Below the pieces are notes generated by a model, which worked only from the letters and a program-made list of their open reading frames with translations, searched no databases and was not told the DNA's origin. 64,000 nucleotides of DNA from Rhodospirillaceae bacterium. Lineage in GTDB: Bacteria; Pseudomonadota; Alphaproteobacteria; CACIAM-22H2. The stretch covers positions 17,253 through 81,252 of the forward strand of contig JAIXXA010000132.1 in NCBI GenBank assembly GCA_027490975.1, in the 5' to 3' direction. Positions 37,048-46,765 of this stretch are shown piece by piece. The position numbers and the translations under genes are program-made. Each line of letters begins with the position of its first letter. Within the stretch, counting starts at the first letter, position 1.

Positions 37048-38325
37048 ATGGTATTGCATCGGATCGTGTTTGCAGCACTCGCCCTGCTGCTGTCTACCGC
37101 CGCCGCAAGTGCCCAATCGGTGCACACGATGCCGGTGGGCAGCGTGTTCGAAGGCAAGGTCGCGTTCGCGCGCTCCGAAGTGCCGCTGCCGCCGGGCAAG
37201 TGGACGCTCGCGAGTGCGGGGGAAGAATTGACCGCAATAACTGCCGGTGCGGCAACATTCCGCCTCGCCTTCGCCAATCTCGTCCAGATCGAGGGCGGCA
37301 AATTGTCGGCGCTCGTCGCGATCCACGGCACGCGCAACGTCGAAGCCGTCGGCTGGACGCGCGACTCGACCTGCGACCGCAGCGACATGCTCTATGTTGC
37401 GGCCGACAAAAATTTCCGCGCGACGGACCAATGGTGTTCGTATATTTCCCACAATATTCGAAGCTGGGTCGCGACCGAGCAGACGCCACCGAGATCGGCC
37501 ACGTTGTTCGAGTATCTGCGCAAAGAAAACATCAAAAAACCTTGGACGATGCTGGCCACGACGTCGCGTCTTGTGCGCAACGGCGAACTGATCGTCGTCA
37601 GCTACGAGGTCGATCCGCAGATGCATGGCGGGCCAGCGACAAAGATCATTGCGCTGCAGACGAGCGAATGGCATCCGCAGCGCATCCAGGACTATCCAGC
37701 ACACCGGGCCTATGCCGACAAATGGATCGAATGGTCCAAGCCCCTTCTCGACGGACTCAAAGAAGGATTCGGCAGGACGCTGCGCACCGCCAGATTGCCG
37801 ACGTTTCCGAAAATGGGCCTGGCTGCGATGGGCATCCGGCACGCCCCGGTCGGAACGCATTTCGTCACGGAGAATGGCGGTTTGCGCATTCAAGCCTTGG
37901 AAGGCACGGCGGTGACGACGGTCAATGCGCGCAACAACACGACACAATGGCAAGTCGGCGGATTGGTTCCCGTCGGCAGCAACCGCGTAACCGACCCCGA
38001 AAGAGCCGAACGCATCTTGCCGCTGCAAGTCGGTAACAAGACGGTCTTCGAGCGCTCGGCCACCGTCGGTACGCTCAAATGGCGGCATACGATGGAAGTT
38101 GTCCGGACCGAAACCTTGTCGGTCGACGGGCGCGACTATGCGACGTTTGTCGTGGAAGATCGAATCGAGGGGCTGTCGCCGTCGCAGCAGGGCTTTGTCA
38201 TGAAGCGGACCGCGTGGTTCGCGCCCGAGGCAGGTTGGCTGCTGCGGATGGCTGAAGAGCAGCTCGGCGGCGAGCCGGTAACGATGAACAATTGGCGGGT
38301 CGTCAAGATCGTGCCGCCCAGCTAA
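37048..38325 (+). CDS. Hypothetical secreted protein (no recognised family; locally lower GC)
   Basis: 425 aa, signal peptide MVLHRIVFAALALLLSTAAASAQS. Codon usage includes AAA/ATT/TAT-rich stretches (about 37400-38000) unlike its neighbours. A TTGACA -35-like element lies upstream at about 36990. Confidence 0.7.
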   Translation: MVLHRIVFAALALLLSTAAASAQSVHTMPVGSVFEGKVAFARSEVPLPPGKWTLASAGEELTAITAGAATFRLAFANLVQIEGGKLSALVAIHGTRNVEAVGWTRDSTCDRSDMLYVAADKNFRATDQWCSYISHNIRSWVATEQTPPRSATLFEYLRKENIKKPWTMLATTSRLVRNGELIVVSYEVDPQMHGGPATKIIALQTSEWHPQRIQDYPAHRAYADKWIEWSKPLLDGLKEGFGRTLRTARLPTFPKMGLAAMGIRHAPVGTHFVTENGGLRIQALEGTAVTTVNARNNTTQWQVGGLVPVGSNRVTDPERAERILPLQVGNKTVFERSATVGTLKWRHTMEVVRTETLSVDGRDYATFVVEDRIEGLSPSQQGFVMKRTAWFAPEAGWLLRMAEEQLGGEPVTMNNWRVVKIVPPS

Positions 38326-38334
38326 GGCGCAAAC

Positions 38335-39315
38335 CTACCGCCGCACGTCGACGACAACGCGGCCTTGGATTTGGCCCGCGACGATGGCCTCGGCGAGTTT
38401 GGGCAGATCCTCGAGGCCACACACGGTGAGCCCTTCGCCGGGCAGGCCGTCGGGCAGCAGGGCCGCGAGTTTCCGCCACGCATCTTCGCGCTCGGGCAGC
38501 GGGCACAAAACGGAATCGATGCCGATCAGTTTGACGCCGCGCAGGATGAACGGCATCACCGTGGTCGGCAGATCGGCCGAGCCTGCAAGGCCGCAAGCGG
38601 CAACGGCGGCCCGGCGCGCGCACCCTGCCAGCACGCTTGCAAGCGTCGTCCCGCCGACCGAGTCGATGGCCCCGCCCCAGCGCTCGGTCATAAGCGGCTT
38701 CGAGGGGGCTGCAAGTTCGGCGCGATCGACGATGCTGGCCGCGCCGAGGCTGCGCAGATAGGGCTCAAGCTGGCGCCGGCCGGTGGAAGCGGCGACCTTG
38801 TGGCCGAGCTTGGCGAGCAACGCGACGGCGACCGAGCCGACGCCGCCGGCGGCCCCCGTCACCAGAATTTCGCGGTCGCGGCGCAGGCCCGCGGCTTCGA
38901 GTGCGTGCACGGCCATCATCGCGGTGAGGCCGGCGGTGCCCATGCCCATCGCCCATTTTTCGTCGGTACCCGCCGGCAGTTTCACGAGCCAGGCCGCCTG
39001 CGCGCGCGCCTTTTGCGCCATGCCGCCCCAGTAGCTTTCGCCCACCCCCCAGCCGGTCAGGATCACGCGGTCGCCGGGTTTGAACGACGCATTGCTGGAG
39101 CTTTCGACCGTGCCCGCCCAATCGACGCCCGGCACCATCGGGAAGCTGCGCACGATCTTGCCTTTGTCGGCGATCGCGAGCCCGTCTTTGTAGTTGAGCG
39201 AGGAATAGGCGACGGCAACCGTTATCTCGCCCTCGGGCAACGCTGCCTCGTCGAGCGATTTGACCGACGCTTCGACCTTGCCGTCCAGTTTGTCGAGCAC
39301 GAGTGCACGAAACAT
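38335..39315 (-). CDS. MDR-superfamily NADPH:quinone / acryloyl-CoA reductase-like oxidoreductase (YhdH/AcuI family)
   Basis: 326 aa. MFRALVLDK..., GAAGGVGSVAVALLAKLGHKV nucleotide-binding motif. YhdH-like pattern. Confidence 0.85.
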   Translation of the reverse strand: MFRALVLDKLDGKVEASVKSLDEAALPEGEITVAVAYSSLNYKDGLAIADKGKIVRSFPMVPGVDWAGTVESSSNASFKPGDRVILTGWGVGESYWGGMAQKARAQAAWLVKLPAGTDEKWAMGMGTAGLTAMMAVHALEAAGLRRDREILVTGAAGGVGSVAVALLAKLGHKVAASTGRRQLEPYLRSLGAASIVDRAELAAPSKPLMTERWGGAIDSVGGTTLASVLAGCARRAAVAACGLAGSADLPTTVMPFILRGVKLIGIDSVLCPLPEREDAWRKLAALLPDGLPGEGLTVCGLEDLPKLAEAIVAGQIQGRVVVDVRR

Positions 39316-39419
39316 CGAAGCCCCTCCGGTTGGCCGGTAAACTCGGGCGCTTATGCGTTTTCGTCAAGCCTTGAGTGGCCGCCCTTGAGTAGCTGTCTGC
39401 CGTACGGCATCCTTGCCCC

Positions 39420-40532
39420 ATGGATTGCATTTCCGACTGGCTGGTCGCCGAGGGTCCGCACGTGGCAGACATGGGCGCGCTGCTGAGCGGCTTGGCCGAG
39501 CGGCTGCTGGCGGCCGAGATCCCCGTGGCGCGCATGGCAACCATGATCGAAACGCTGCATCCGCGCTTCATCGGCGCGATGCGCGTCTGGGAACCGAACG
39601 GCGACGTGAAGCTGCGCCGCGCCACGTTCGACGACCCGGTCATAACGGCGGCCCCCAAACGCTTCACGATCGACGAGCTGCAGGAAACCGGCGATTGGGT
39701 CGAATTCAAGCTCGACGATCCGCGCATCGACGCCTACGACCTGCTGCCGCGCCTGGCACAGGAAGGCCACACGCATTACCTGCTGATGCCGCTCCGGTTC
39801 CGCGAAGGCCCGCTGCAGGGGATGTCGTTTTCCACCAAACAGGCGGGCGGCTTCACGGCCGCGCAGAGCCGTGCCATCCGCACGCTGCAGCCGAGCCTGG
39901 CCTTGACCGCCAACGTGATCGCCACGCACACGATGTGGCGCGAGGTGCTGAAGGCCTATGTCGGCGAAGTGCCGGGCGATTTGATTCTGCAAGGGGCGAT
40001 ACGGCGGGCGGACGTGCGCCGCGTCCAAGCCGCTTTGATCATGACCGACATGCGCGGCTTCACGCGGCTTGCCAATGCGAGCACGCCCGAGGCGACGGTC
40101 GCCGCCCTCAACGCCTATCTCGACAATGTGGTGCCCGCGATCGCGGCGGCGGGCGGCGAAATCCTCAAATTCATCGGCGACGGCGTGCTGGCCACGGTCC
40201 CATTCAACGATGCCGGGAACGCTGCGGCGGCCTGCGCAGCGGCTTTTGCGGCAGCCCAAGCGATTCGCCAGGCCGCCCCCAATGTCGGCATCGCTTTGCA
40301 TGTGGGCGAGGTCGCGTTCGGCAATATCGGGGCGGGCGACCGGCTCGACTTCACGATCATCGGGCGCGACGTCAATCTGCTCGCGCGCATCGAAAAAATC
40401 TGCGGCGAATTCCACGAAGACATCGTGATGTCGCAGGCTTTTGCCGCTTTGTGCGGTGCGCCAGCGCGCCTCGTCACGCGCTTCACGCCCAAAGGCTTCG
40501 ACGGCGAAGAGGCCGTGTTCGCACCGGCCTAA
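39420..40532 (+). CDS. Class III adenylate/guanylate cyclase with N-terminal sensory domain of unknown type
   Basis: C-terminal CHD domain (IMTDMRGFTRL...KFIGDGVLA...GEVAFGNIGAGDRLDFTIIGRDVNLLARIE). The N-terminal roughly 190 aa are unassigned. Confidence 0.85.
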   Translation: MDCISDWLVAEGPHVADMGALLSGLAERLLAAEIPVARMATMIETLHPRFIGAMRVWEPNGDVKLRRATFDDPVITAAPKRFTIDELQETGDWVEFKLDDPRIDAYDLLPRLAQEGHTHYLLMPLRFREGPLQGMSFSTKQAGGFTAAQSRAIRTLQPSLALTANVIATHTMWREVLKAYVGEVPGDLILQGAIRRADVRRVQAALIMTDMRGFTRLANASTPEATVAALNAYLDNVVPAIAAAGGEILKFIGDGVLATVPFNDAGNAAAACAAAFAAAQAIRQAAPNVGIALHVGEVAFGNIGAGDRLDFTIIGRDVNLLARIEKICGEFHEDIVMSQAFAALCGAPARLVTRFTPKGFDGEEAVFAPA

Positions 40533-42250
40533 GCGATCCCCAACCGCCGGTCGGCCACGTTCCAGAACTGCGTGTGGAACGCGCGCAAGGACGGGCGATG
40601 GCCGATGCTGACGATCGCCGTGTCGGGCAGGCTGCGATCGAGCAGTTCGTAGATATGCGCTTCGTTGGCGTCGTCCATCGCGGCGGTCGCTTCGTCGAGG
40701 AACAGGAAGTCGGGCTTCGCCAGCAGCGCGCGCGCGACGGCCAGGCGCTGCTGTTCGCCCGGCGACAAAGTCTGCCCCCAATTGGCGTGTTCGTCGAGGC
40801 GCGCGCCCAATGCCGGCAGGCGCACAGCCTCGAGCGTGGCGCGCAAGGTTGCGTCGTCGGCCCCACCATTGTGCGGATAGAGCAAGGCCTCGCGCAGCGT
40901 GCCGATCGGCATGTAGGGTTTCTGCGGCAAGAAGAGCGGCCGCGCGGCCTTCGGCAGCAGCACGGCGCCGCGCCCGAACGGCCAGATGCCCGACAGCACG
41001 CGAAACAGCGTGCTCTTGCCGCTGCCGGACTCGCCGGTCAGCAGAATGCGCGCACCGGGCGCGATCGCCACGCCGGCATCGGCAATCAGCACGCGCCCGT
41101 CGGGCAAAGCCACGTCCACGCCCGCAAGGCGCAACTGCCCGTCTTGCGAAGCGCCGTGCACAAGCGGGGCGGCCCGCTCCGCCTTCGCGGCGGCGGCCAC
41201 GGCCGCTTCGAAATCGAGCAGCCGGTCCACGACCGCCTTCCAGTCGGCCAGCTGCGAATAGGCTTGCACGAAGAAGGACAAGGCACCCTGCACCTGGCCG
41301 AAGGCGGACGCCGTCTGCATGAGGCCGCCCAGCTGCATCGAGCCCGAAAAATAGCGCGGGGCCGCGACGATGAACGGGAACACGATCGCGATCTGCGCGA
41401 ACAGGCTCGTGAACAGATTGAGCTTGAGGCCCGCCCACATGAGATCGCGCCAATTGGCGACGACGGCGGCAAAGCGCGCCAGAAAATCGCGCCGCTCGCG
41501 CGCTTCGCCGCCATAGAGGGCGACCTGTTCGGCGTTTTCGCGCAAGCGCATCAGCCCGTAGCGGAAATCGGCCTCCACGCGCTGCTGCGCGTAGTTGAGC
41601 GGAACGAGCGGCTTGCCCACTTTGTGCGTGAGCCACGTGCCGACGACCGAATAGACGAGGGCAAACCACACCATGTAGCCCGGGATCGCGATCTCGCGGC
41701 CGAACAGCGTGAAGCCGTAATCGCCCGACAGGCCCCACAAAATGCCCAGGAACGCCACCAGCGTGAGCACCGAATTGACGAGCTGCACGAACAGCCCGAG
41801 CGTGGTCGCAACGAACAGGCGCACGTCCTCGGCGATGCGCTGGTCGGGATTGTCGGTATCCGCGCCGGTCAGCTGGAAACGGTAGTAGATTCGCGCCTTG
41901 AGCCAGCCGTCGATGTAGCGCTTGGTGAGCCAGTCGCGCCAGCGTATCTGCAGCCACAGGCTGAAATAACGCGTGGCGACGAAATTGCCGATGAAAAGCG
42001 CCGCAAGCCAGCCGAACACCGCGAATTCGGCCCAGAACGTGGCTTCGTCGCGCTCCTGCAGCGCGTTGTAGAAATCGTTGTTCCAGCTGTTGAACAGCAC
42101 CTCGAGATAGACCCCGCCGACCGTGAGGCCCATCACGGCGCCGAACAGCAGGCAGGCCGGCAAGCGATCTTCCGACACCCAATAGGGGCGCGTGAGGCGC
42201 CACAGCCGTGCCGCAAATCCCGCCGGTTTTTCGCCCGTCATGTTCGGCAT
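40529..42250 (-). CDS. ABC transporter fused permease/ATP-binding protein (SbmA/BacA-YddA-like)
   Basis: N-terminal 6-TM domain plus C-terminal ABC ATPase (GESGSGKSTLFRVLSGIW, LSPGEQQRLAVARALL, LFLDEATAAMD). Start at MPNMTGEKP (42250). The upstream track extension is unlikely to be coding. Confidence 0.85.
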   Translation of the reverse strand: MPNMTGEKPAGFAARLWRLTRPYWVSEDRLPACLLFGAVMGLTVGGVYLEVLFNSWNNDFYNALQERDEATFWAEFAVFGWLAALFIGNFVATRYFSLWLQIRWRDWLTKRYIDGWLKARIYYRFQLTGADTDNPDQRIAEDVRLFVATTLGLFVQLVNSVLTLVAFLGILWGLSGDYGFTLFGREIAIPGYMVWFALVYSVVGTWLTHKVGKPLVPLNYAQQRVEADFRYGLMRLRENAEQVALYGGEARERRDFLARFAAVVANWRDLMWAGLKLNLFTSLFAQIAIVFPFIVAAPRYFSGSMQLGGLMQTASAFGQVQGALSFFVQAYSQLADWKAVVDRLLDFEAAVAAAAKAERAAPLVHGASQDGQLRLAGVDVALPDGRVLIADAGVAIAPGARILLTGESGSGKSTLFRVLSGIWPFGRGAVLLPKAARPLFLPQKPYMPIGTLREALLYPHNGGADDATLRATLEAVRLPALGARLDEHANWGQTLSPGEQQRLAVARALLAKPDFLFLDEATAAMDDANEAHIYELLDRSLPDTAIVSIGHRPSLRAFHTQFWNVADRRLGIA

Positions 42251-42266
42251 TCCTCGGTGGCGCCTG

Positions 42267-42737
42267 TCAGACCGCGCGTTCGAGCGGGTCTTCGAAGGGC
42301 GTTTCGCTGGGGTCTTCGAAGCGCTGCAGCCGCGCTGCCGCAAGCCTTGCAAAGCGCAGCGTGAGGGCGCGGCGGCGCGGTGCAGCCAGCGGCGCGCAGA
42401 TCTGGAACGGCCGCCGCAACGCCCCGTCGAACGCGTCGGCCACGATGAGGCCGGCGGTTTCCGGGATCAGACGGTCGGGAAAATCGGCCGGGACCGCAAA
42501 CGCAAACGCGTCGCACCATTCGAGATATTCGGGCCATTTGGCGTCCGACTGGAAATCGGCGGCCGACGATTTGATTTCGACGATCGCAAAGCGCCCGTCG
42601 TCGGCGAGGGCCAGAATGTCGGCGCGCCTGCCGCTCGCAAGCCCCGCCTCGGCAATGCCGACATAGCCGAGATTGCGCAGAAGCCTGAGGGTGCCGCGCC
42701 GGACCTGGCGTGCGACAAGATCGTCGCGCGGCTTCAC
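42267..42737 (-). CDS. MmcB-like / PD-(D/E)xK nuclease-fold protein (DUF1052-like)
   Basis: GTG at 42737 overlapping the upstream gene stop (GTGA). 157 aa with a D...EIK motif (ADILALADDGRFAIVEIKSSAADFQSD) matching PD-(D/E)xK / MmcB family proteins. Only this C-terminal frame segment of the long 742-aa track ORF looks protein-like. Confidence 0.55.
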   Translation of the reverse strand: MKPRDDLVARQVRRGTLRLLRNLGYVGIAEAGLASGRRADILALADDGRFAIVEIKSSAADFQSDAKWPEYLEWCDAFAFAVPADFPDRLIPETAGLIVADAFDGALRRPFQICAPLAAPRRRALTLRFARLAAARLQRFEDPSETPFEDPLERAV

Positions 42738-44464
42738 ATGAAACCGGCTTGGCGCATCAGCACGAACAGGTCGCGCTGGGCGCGCGCCTTTTCGGCCGGA
42801 TCGACGATGTCGGCCACCACTTCGCCTTCGAAATTGGGCCGCTTCAGCATGCCCACGATGATGGCGCGCGCAAGGTTCGACGCCTTGCCCGGCGGCAGCG
42901 AAGTGGGCAGGCACATTTTCATCAGCATCATCGTGCGCATGCGCAAGGGCCGCGCCGGATCGTCGATCTTTTCGAGGATGCGCTCGGACTTGACGAAATG
43001 CACGAGCAGGTCGTCGAGGCGCGTGCAGATGCGCTCGACATGTTCGGGCGGCAGCGGCGAACTGCGGATCTCGCCCCAGACTTGCGTGATGCCGGCCATC
43101 TTCTCGTTGGGGGGCACGCGCGCTTTGACGATGTCGGAAATCGACTCGACGTTCACGAGCACGTCTTCGATGAGGCCGAAGGCCTCGTCCGGATAGAGGC
43201 GGGCGGTCGGCGTCTGCGTGAGCGCGATCAAGAACCGCGTCTTGCGCAGCGGATTGAGCATGACCATCGCAATCCACGCGGCCGCGGCCCGGAACCCCCC
43301 CGCGCCGCCGCGATTGAGGATGCGCATCTTGCGTTGCACGAGCGCATCCACAAGATAGCTGCCGCCGAGCGGCGGAGCCGCATCCGGCATCAGCCGGTCG
43401 AGGATCTGGCGGAAGGTCGGGATTTCCTGCTCGGGATCGCTGCGCACGAGCGGATTGGCGCCGCTGAGCTGGATGCGCACGCGCTCGATCAGCACCTGGC
43501 TGCAGCCGGGCAAGCGCCCGGCCTGCACGAGGCGCGCGATCTGCACGATGCTGTCGTCGGTCCCGCCTTCGGCGGCCGCCGGTGCGACGCCGGGCGGCGG
43601 GGCTTGCCATTGTCCGAGGGCAACGTCGAGCAGCTTGTTGACGGCGGCGGCAAGGCTCGGCTGGTCGCCGAGCAGGTCCTGGATCACGCTCGCCGTGCCC
43701 AGAATGTCCGCCACGAAATCGTCGAGCCGGCGAGCGGCCGCGTCGTCCTGGCTGTCGTTGATCCAGAACAGCAGGCGCTCGAGCTTGCCGAGATAGTTGC
43801 GAATTTCGATGAGTTCGCGGCTGACGGCCACGCGGAACAGAAAATCGGCATTGGCCGGACTGTCGCCAGCGCCTGCCGCGACTTTGGCGACCGTGGCGTC
43901 GAGTCCGAGCTGCTTGATCGACGGCAGTTGCAAGGTTTCGACGTCTTTGGTGCGCTTGCCGATCTCGGTCGCAAAACCGAACAGCGCATCGCGACGCTGG
44001 GCGACCGTCGCCCCGCCGGCCGCGCCTTCGGCCTGCAGCGTGGCGACCTGGTTGAGCGCGCTGCCGACCAGCGAATCCTGATCCTGCAGCCGCTTGTATT
44101 CGCGGTAGTTGTGCAGCACCTCGATCGGCGTCAGGCTCTGCTTGTCGAGATACATGCGCATGAGCCGGTTCATGGCCATGCGCGCCTGCAACTGCAGGCA
44201 ATCGTCGGCCGTCTGGCAGGCCGGGGCGGCGTCGATGCGACCGACCGTCAGTTTCTCTTCGCGCTTCTCTTTGATCTTGGTGAAGACCGCCGTCTGCGAG
44301 CCGCCGCTTGCCTTTTCGCGGAAAACCTTGACGCCCTCGACCTCGCGCTTTTCGAGCATGCGGCGCGCGAACGCTTCGGCCTCCGCCTGGTTGGGCAGGC
44401 TCGTTTCGATAATCCATCGGCCTTCTTTGAGGCACTGGACCTCGAAAATCTCTTTTTTGAACAA
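42734..44464 (-). CDS. Conserved hypothetical protein (576 aa, soluble, alpha-helical; family not recognised)
   Basis: Balanced amino-acid composition (K/E/I present) and strong GC3 bias, unlike the overlapping R/G-rich antisense ORFs. Translationally coupled to the MmcB-like gene. Confidence 0.7.
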   Translation of the reverse strand: MFKKEIFEVQCLKEGRWIIETSLPNQAEAEAFARRMLEKREVEGVKVFREKASGGSQTAVFTKIKEKREEKLTVGRIDAAPACQTADDCLQLQARMAMNRLMRMYLDKQSLTPIEVLHNYREYKRLQDQDSLVGSALNQVATLQAEGAAGGATVAQRRDALFGFATEIGKRTKDVETLQLPSIKQLGLDATVAKVAAGAGDSPANADFLFRVAVSRELIEIRNYLGKLERLLFWINDSQDDAAARRLDDFVADILGTASVIQDLLGDQPSLAAAVNKLLDVALGQWQAPPPGVAPAAAEGGTDDSIVQIARLVQAGRLPGCSQVLIERVRIQLSGANPLVRSDPEQEIPTFRQILDRLMPDAAPPLGGSYLVDALVQRKMRILNRGGAGGFRAAAAWIAMVMLNPLRKTRFLIALTQTPTARLYPDEAFGLIEDVLVNVESISDIVKARVPPNEKMAGITQVWGEIRSSPLPPEHVERICTRLDDLLVHFVKSERILEKIDDPARPLRMRTMMLMKMCLPTSLPPGKASNLARAIIVGMLKRPNFEGEVVADIVDPAEKARAQRDLFVLMRQAGFM

Positions 44465-44530
44465 CGCACGCCCCCGGTCCTAACTGCTTATCCATATTAA
44501 ACGCGACGCGTTGCGGGTTACAATGGGGCC

Positions 44531-45298
44531 ATGTTGGCGGTCGAGCGAATTCCGTGTTTGCAGGACAATTACGTCTGGCTGCTGCGCAGCGCCGGCGGCG
44601 AAGGCGTTGGCGTCGTCGATCCGGCCGAAGCGGCTCCGGTCGAGGCGGCCTTGGCGCGGCACGGTCTTTCCTTGACTCACATCTTCAACACGCACCACCA
44701 CGGCGACCATGTCGGCGCCAATCTGGCGCTCAAGGCGAAACACGGTGCCGCGATCGTGGGGCCGCGCGCAGATCAAGCGCGCATTCCGGGCATCGATGTG
44801 GCGCTGGGCGACGGCGAGACCTACACGTTCGACGGCGAAATCGCCACGGTGCTCGACGTGCCCGGCCACACGCGCGGTCATATTGCGTTCTGGTTTGCCG
44901 GCAGTGCTGCGCTGTTTTGCGGCGACACGCTGTTTGCGCTCGGCTGCGGGCGCATGTTCGAAGGGACTGCGCCGCAAATGTGGCAGTCGCTGGCGAAGAT
45001 CCGCGCCCTTCCCGACGCGACGCAAGTTTACTGCGCGCACGAGTACACGCAGAGCAACGCAAAATTTGCGGTCAGCGTCGATCCGGACAATGCGGAACTG
45101 CGCGCGCGGGCCGCCACGATCGACCGCCAGCGGCATGCCGGCGAAGCAACCGTGCCCTCGCTGCTGGGCCTCGAAAAGCGCACCAACCCGTTTTTGCGTG
45201 CCGACGATGCAAACCTTGCGCGCCGCATGGGACTGCCCGCGACGCAGCCGGCCGCGGTCTTCGGCGCCTTGCGCGCGGCCAAGGACGCGTTCCGATGA
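44531..45298 (+). CDS. gloB: Hydroxyacylglutathione hydrolase (glyoxalase II)
   Basis: 255 aa. NTHHHGDHVGAN metal-binding motif and the GloB C-terminal region. Confidence 0.9.
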   Translation: MLAVERIPCLQDNYVWLLRSAGGEGVGVVDPAEAAPVEAALARHGLSLTHIFNTHHHGDHVGANLALKAKHGAAIVGPRADQARIPGIDVALGDGETYTFDGEIATVLDVPGHTRGHIAFWFAGSAALFCGDTLFALGCGRMFEGTAPQMWQSLAKIRALPDATQVYCAHEYTQSNAKFAVSVDPDNAELRARAATIDRQRHAGEATVPSLLGLEKRTNPFLRADDANLARRMGLPATQPAAVFGALRAAKDAFR

Positions 45299-45654
45299 CC
45301 AGCGAATACCGCGTCGTGTTTTTCGACGATCGGGAGATCGTGATGGCGCTCATCGAACATGCGCGCACGCAAGGCACGAAACTGCCCGCGAGCAAAGCGA
45401 TCAAGCTCGAAATCGACCGCGCCACGCTGACGGCAAAACTTGCTTTTGCGCGCCGCAGCACCCCGAACGAGGCGCCGATCGAGTTCAACTCGGCAGCGCT
45501 CGCACAAGCGCTGATCCGCTACTGCAAAAAGGCCGGCATTCCGCTGCCCGTGAAGTCCAACAAGGAACTGCGCGTCATGGACGACCGCGTGGCTTTCATC
45601 GTCGAACTGCAGCGCGCGCCCGCCGATGCGCTGGTCCCGGTCGAATACGAGTAG
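45295..45654 (+). CDS. Hypothetical protein (119 aa), translationally coupled to gloB
   Basis: ATGA overlap with the gloB stop. Good GC3 bias. No family recognised. Confidence 0.55.
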   Translation: MTSEYRVVFFDDREIVMALIEHARTQGTKLPASKAIKLEIDRATLTAKLAFARRSTPNEAPIEFNSAALAQALIRYCKKAGIPLPVKSNKELRVMDDRVAFIVELQRAPADALVPVEYE

Positions 45655-45717
45655 CTTGAAAAAGCAGCGACCCCGCCGGACACCGGATCCGGCGAGGCCG
45701 CACGCGACGTGCTGCGT

Positions 45718-46698
45718 TCAATTGCGCTGGCTGATCGACACCGCATAGGCGGGCTGGCGCGCCGTGAAGAGCGGATCATTTGTCGGCCCCGCAATGCCGT
45801 CGGCGAGATTGAGAGGATCGAAAATGCGCTCGTCGCAGGCTTCGTTCTTCGCAAGAGCCGTGAAATTCATGCGACCGAGCCGGGTCGTGGGCCGCTGTTC
45901 TTCGTCCGGCCATTGCTGGGTCGCATTCGTGGCCTCGTCGCCGGGGCGGCCGAAAACGACAACCATGTCGAAAGCAGCGGTATTGGCGGCGATCCGCGCT
46001 TTCATGTCGTCGACGAGGAAATCGGCGGGCTTGGCGGCGGCTTCCGCGTCGGTGAGACCGACTTCGCCGCCGACCGGCACCATCTTGAATTTGACCAGGC
46101 GATTGACGCCCGCCGCATCGGTCAAGGTGTAGCCGTGGATGCCCCAATAATTGACGCCGACCCAGGAACCCGGCACCGGTTTGCTCGCAAGATACCGACC
46201 TTGCGCGGTGGTTTCGGGGTTGGCTTCGGTGAAGGCGCGGATCTTCTCCGCATCGGGGCGGCCGTCGGCACCCGGTACGCGCGCTTGCAGGAAAGCCAGC
46301 ATCTGGTCGGGCGATTTCACGAAATTGATCGGCGCGTTGACCATCACGAACTCGGTCTCGGCGCGGCCGCCGTCGTCGATCCGGAAGGAGAAACCGCGAT
46401 TGACCGTCTTGGTCGCGTCGGCGACCTTCGGATTGCCGCCGCCGACCGACAGGCGGGCTACAACCGGCGAAGTCTTTGCGAAAATTGCGGATTTGCTGAG
46501 GGCCGCGGCTTCCGCCGTGGGCGTGAACGTGCCTGCAAAACACTGGCCTTTGGCGCCGCTCGGCCGCGCCTTTTGGTTGCCGGTGAGTGCACGCTGGATT
46601 TCGACGATTTTGCCCGGATCGGCGGTTTGGGCGAAAACCGGTGCGCTCGCGGCGACCAAGGCCGACGACAGCGCAAAAGCGGCGAATTTGAGTTTCAC
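45718..46698 (-). CDS. Catalase-related peroxidase (small haem catalase-like protein, SrpA-like), secreted
   Basis: 326 aa with signal peptide. The catalase-core-like N-terminal region (RGFSFRIDDGGRAETEFVMVNAPINF) is typical of catalase-related immune-responsive domain proteins. Confidence 0.75.
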   Translation of the reverse strand: MKLKFAAFALSSALVAASAPVFAQTADPGKIVEIQRALTGNQKARPSGAKGQCFAGTFTPTAEAAALSKSAIFAKTSPVVARLSVGGGNPKVADATKTVNRGFSFRIDDGGRAETEFVMVNAPINFVKSPDQMLAFLQARVPGADGRPDAEKIRAFTEANPETTAQGRYLASKPVPGSWVGVNYWGIHGYTLTDAAGVNRLVKFKMVPVGGEVGLTDAEAAAKPADFLVDDMKARIAANTAAFDMVVVFGRPGDEATNATQQWPDEEQRPTTRLGRMNFTALAKNEACDERIFDPLNLADGIAGPTNDPLFTARQPAYAVSISQRN

Positions 46699-46765
46699 GG
46701 GGGTGCTCCTTCAAACGGCTTGCGAAAGATGTCGCACTTGCCGTTCGCTTGGCGGAATTCGCAGG

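Noticed and set aside
42267-44495. Single 742-aa minus-strand ORF spanning the region
   Set aside because: Only its last 157 codons (the MmcB-like part) look protein-like. The remainder is an R/G-rich artefact overlapping the well-behaved 576-aa gene (42734-44464) in another frame. It was split into two genes.
44465-44530. DnaA-box-like TTATCCATA between the 576-aa gene and gloB
   Set aside because: It is a single 8/9 match in a short divergent promoter region, which is insufficient to call a DnaA site.
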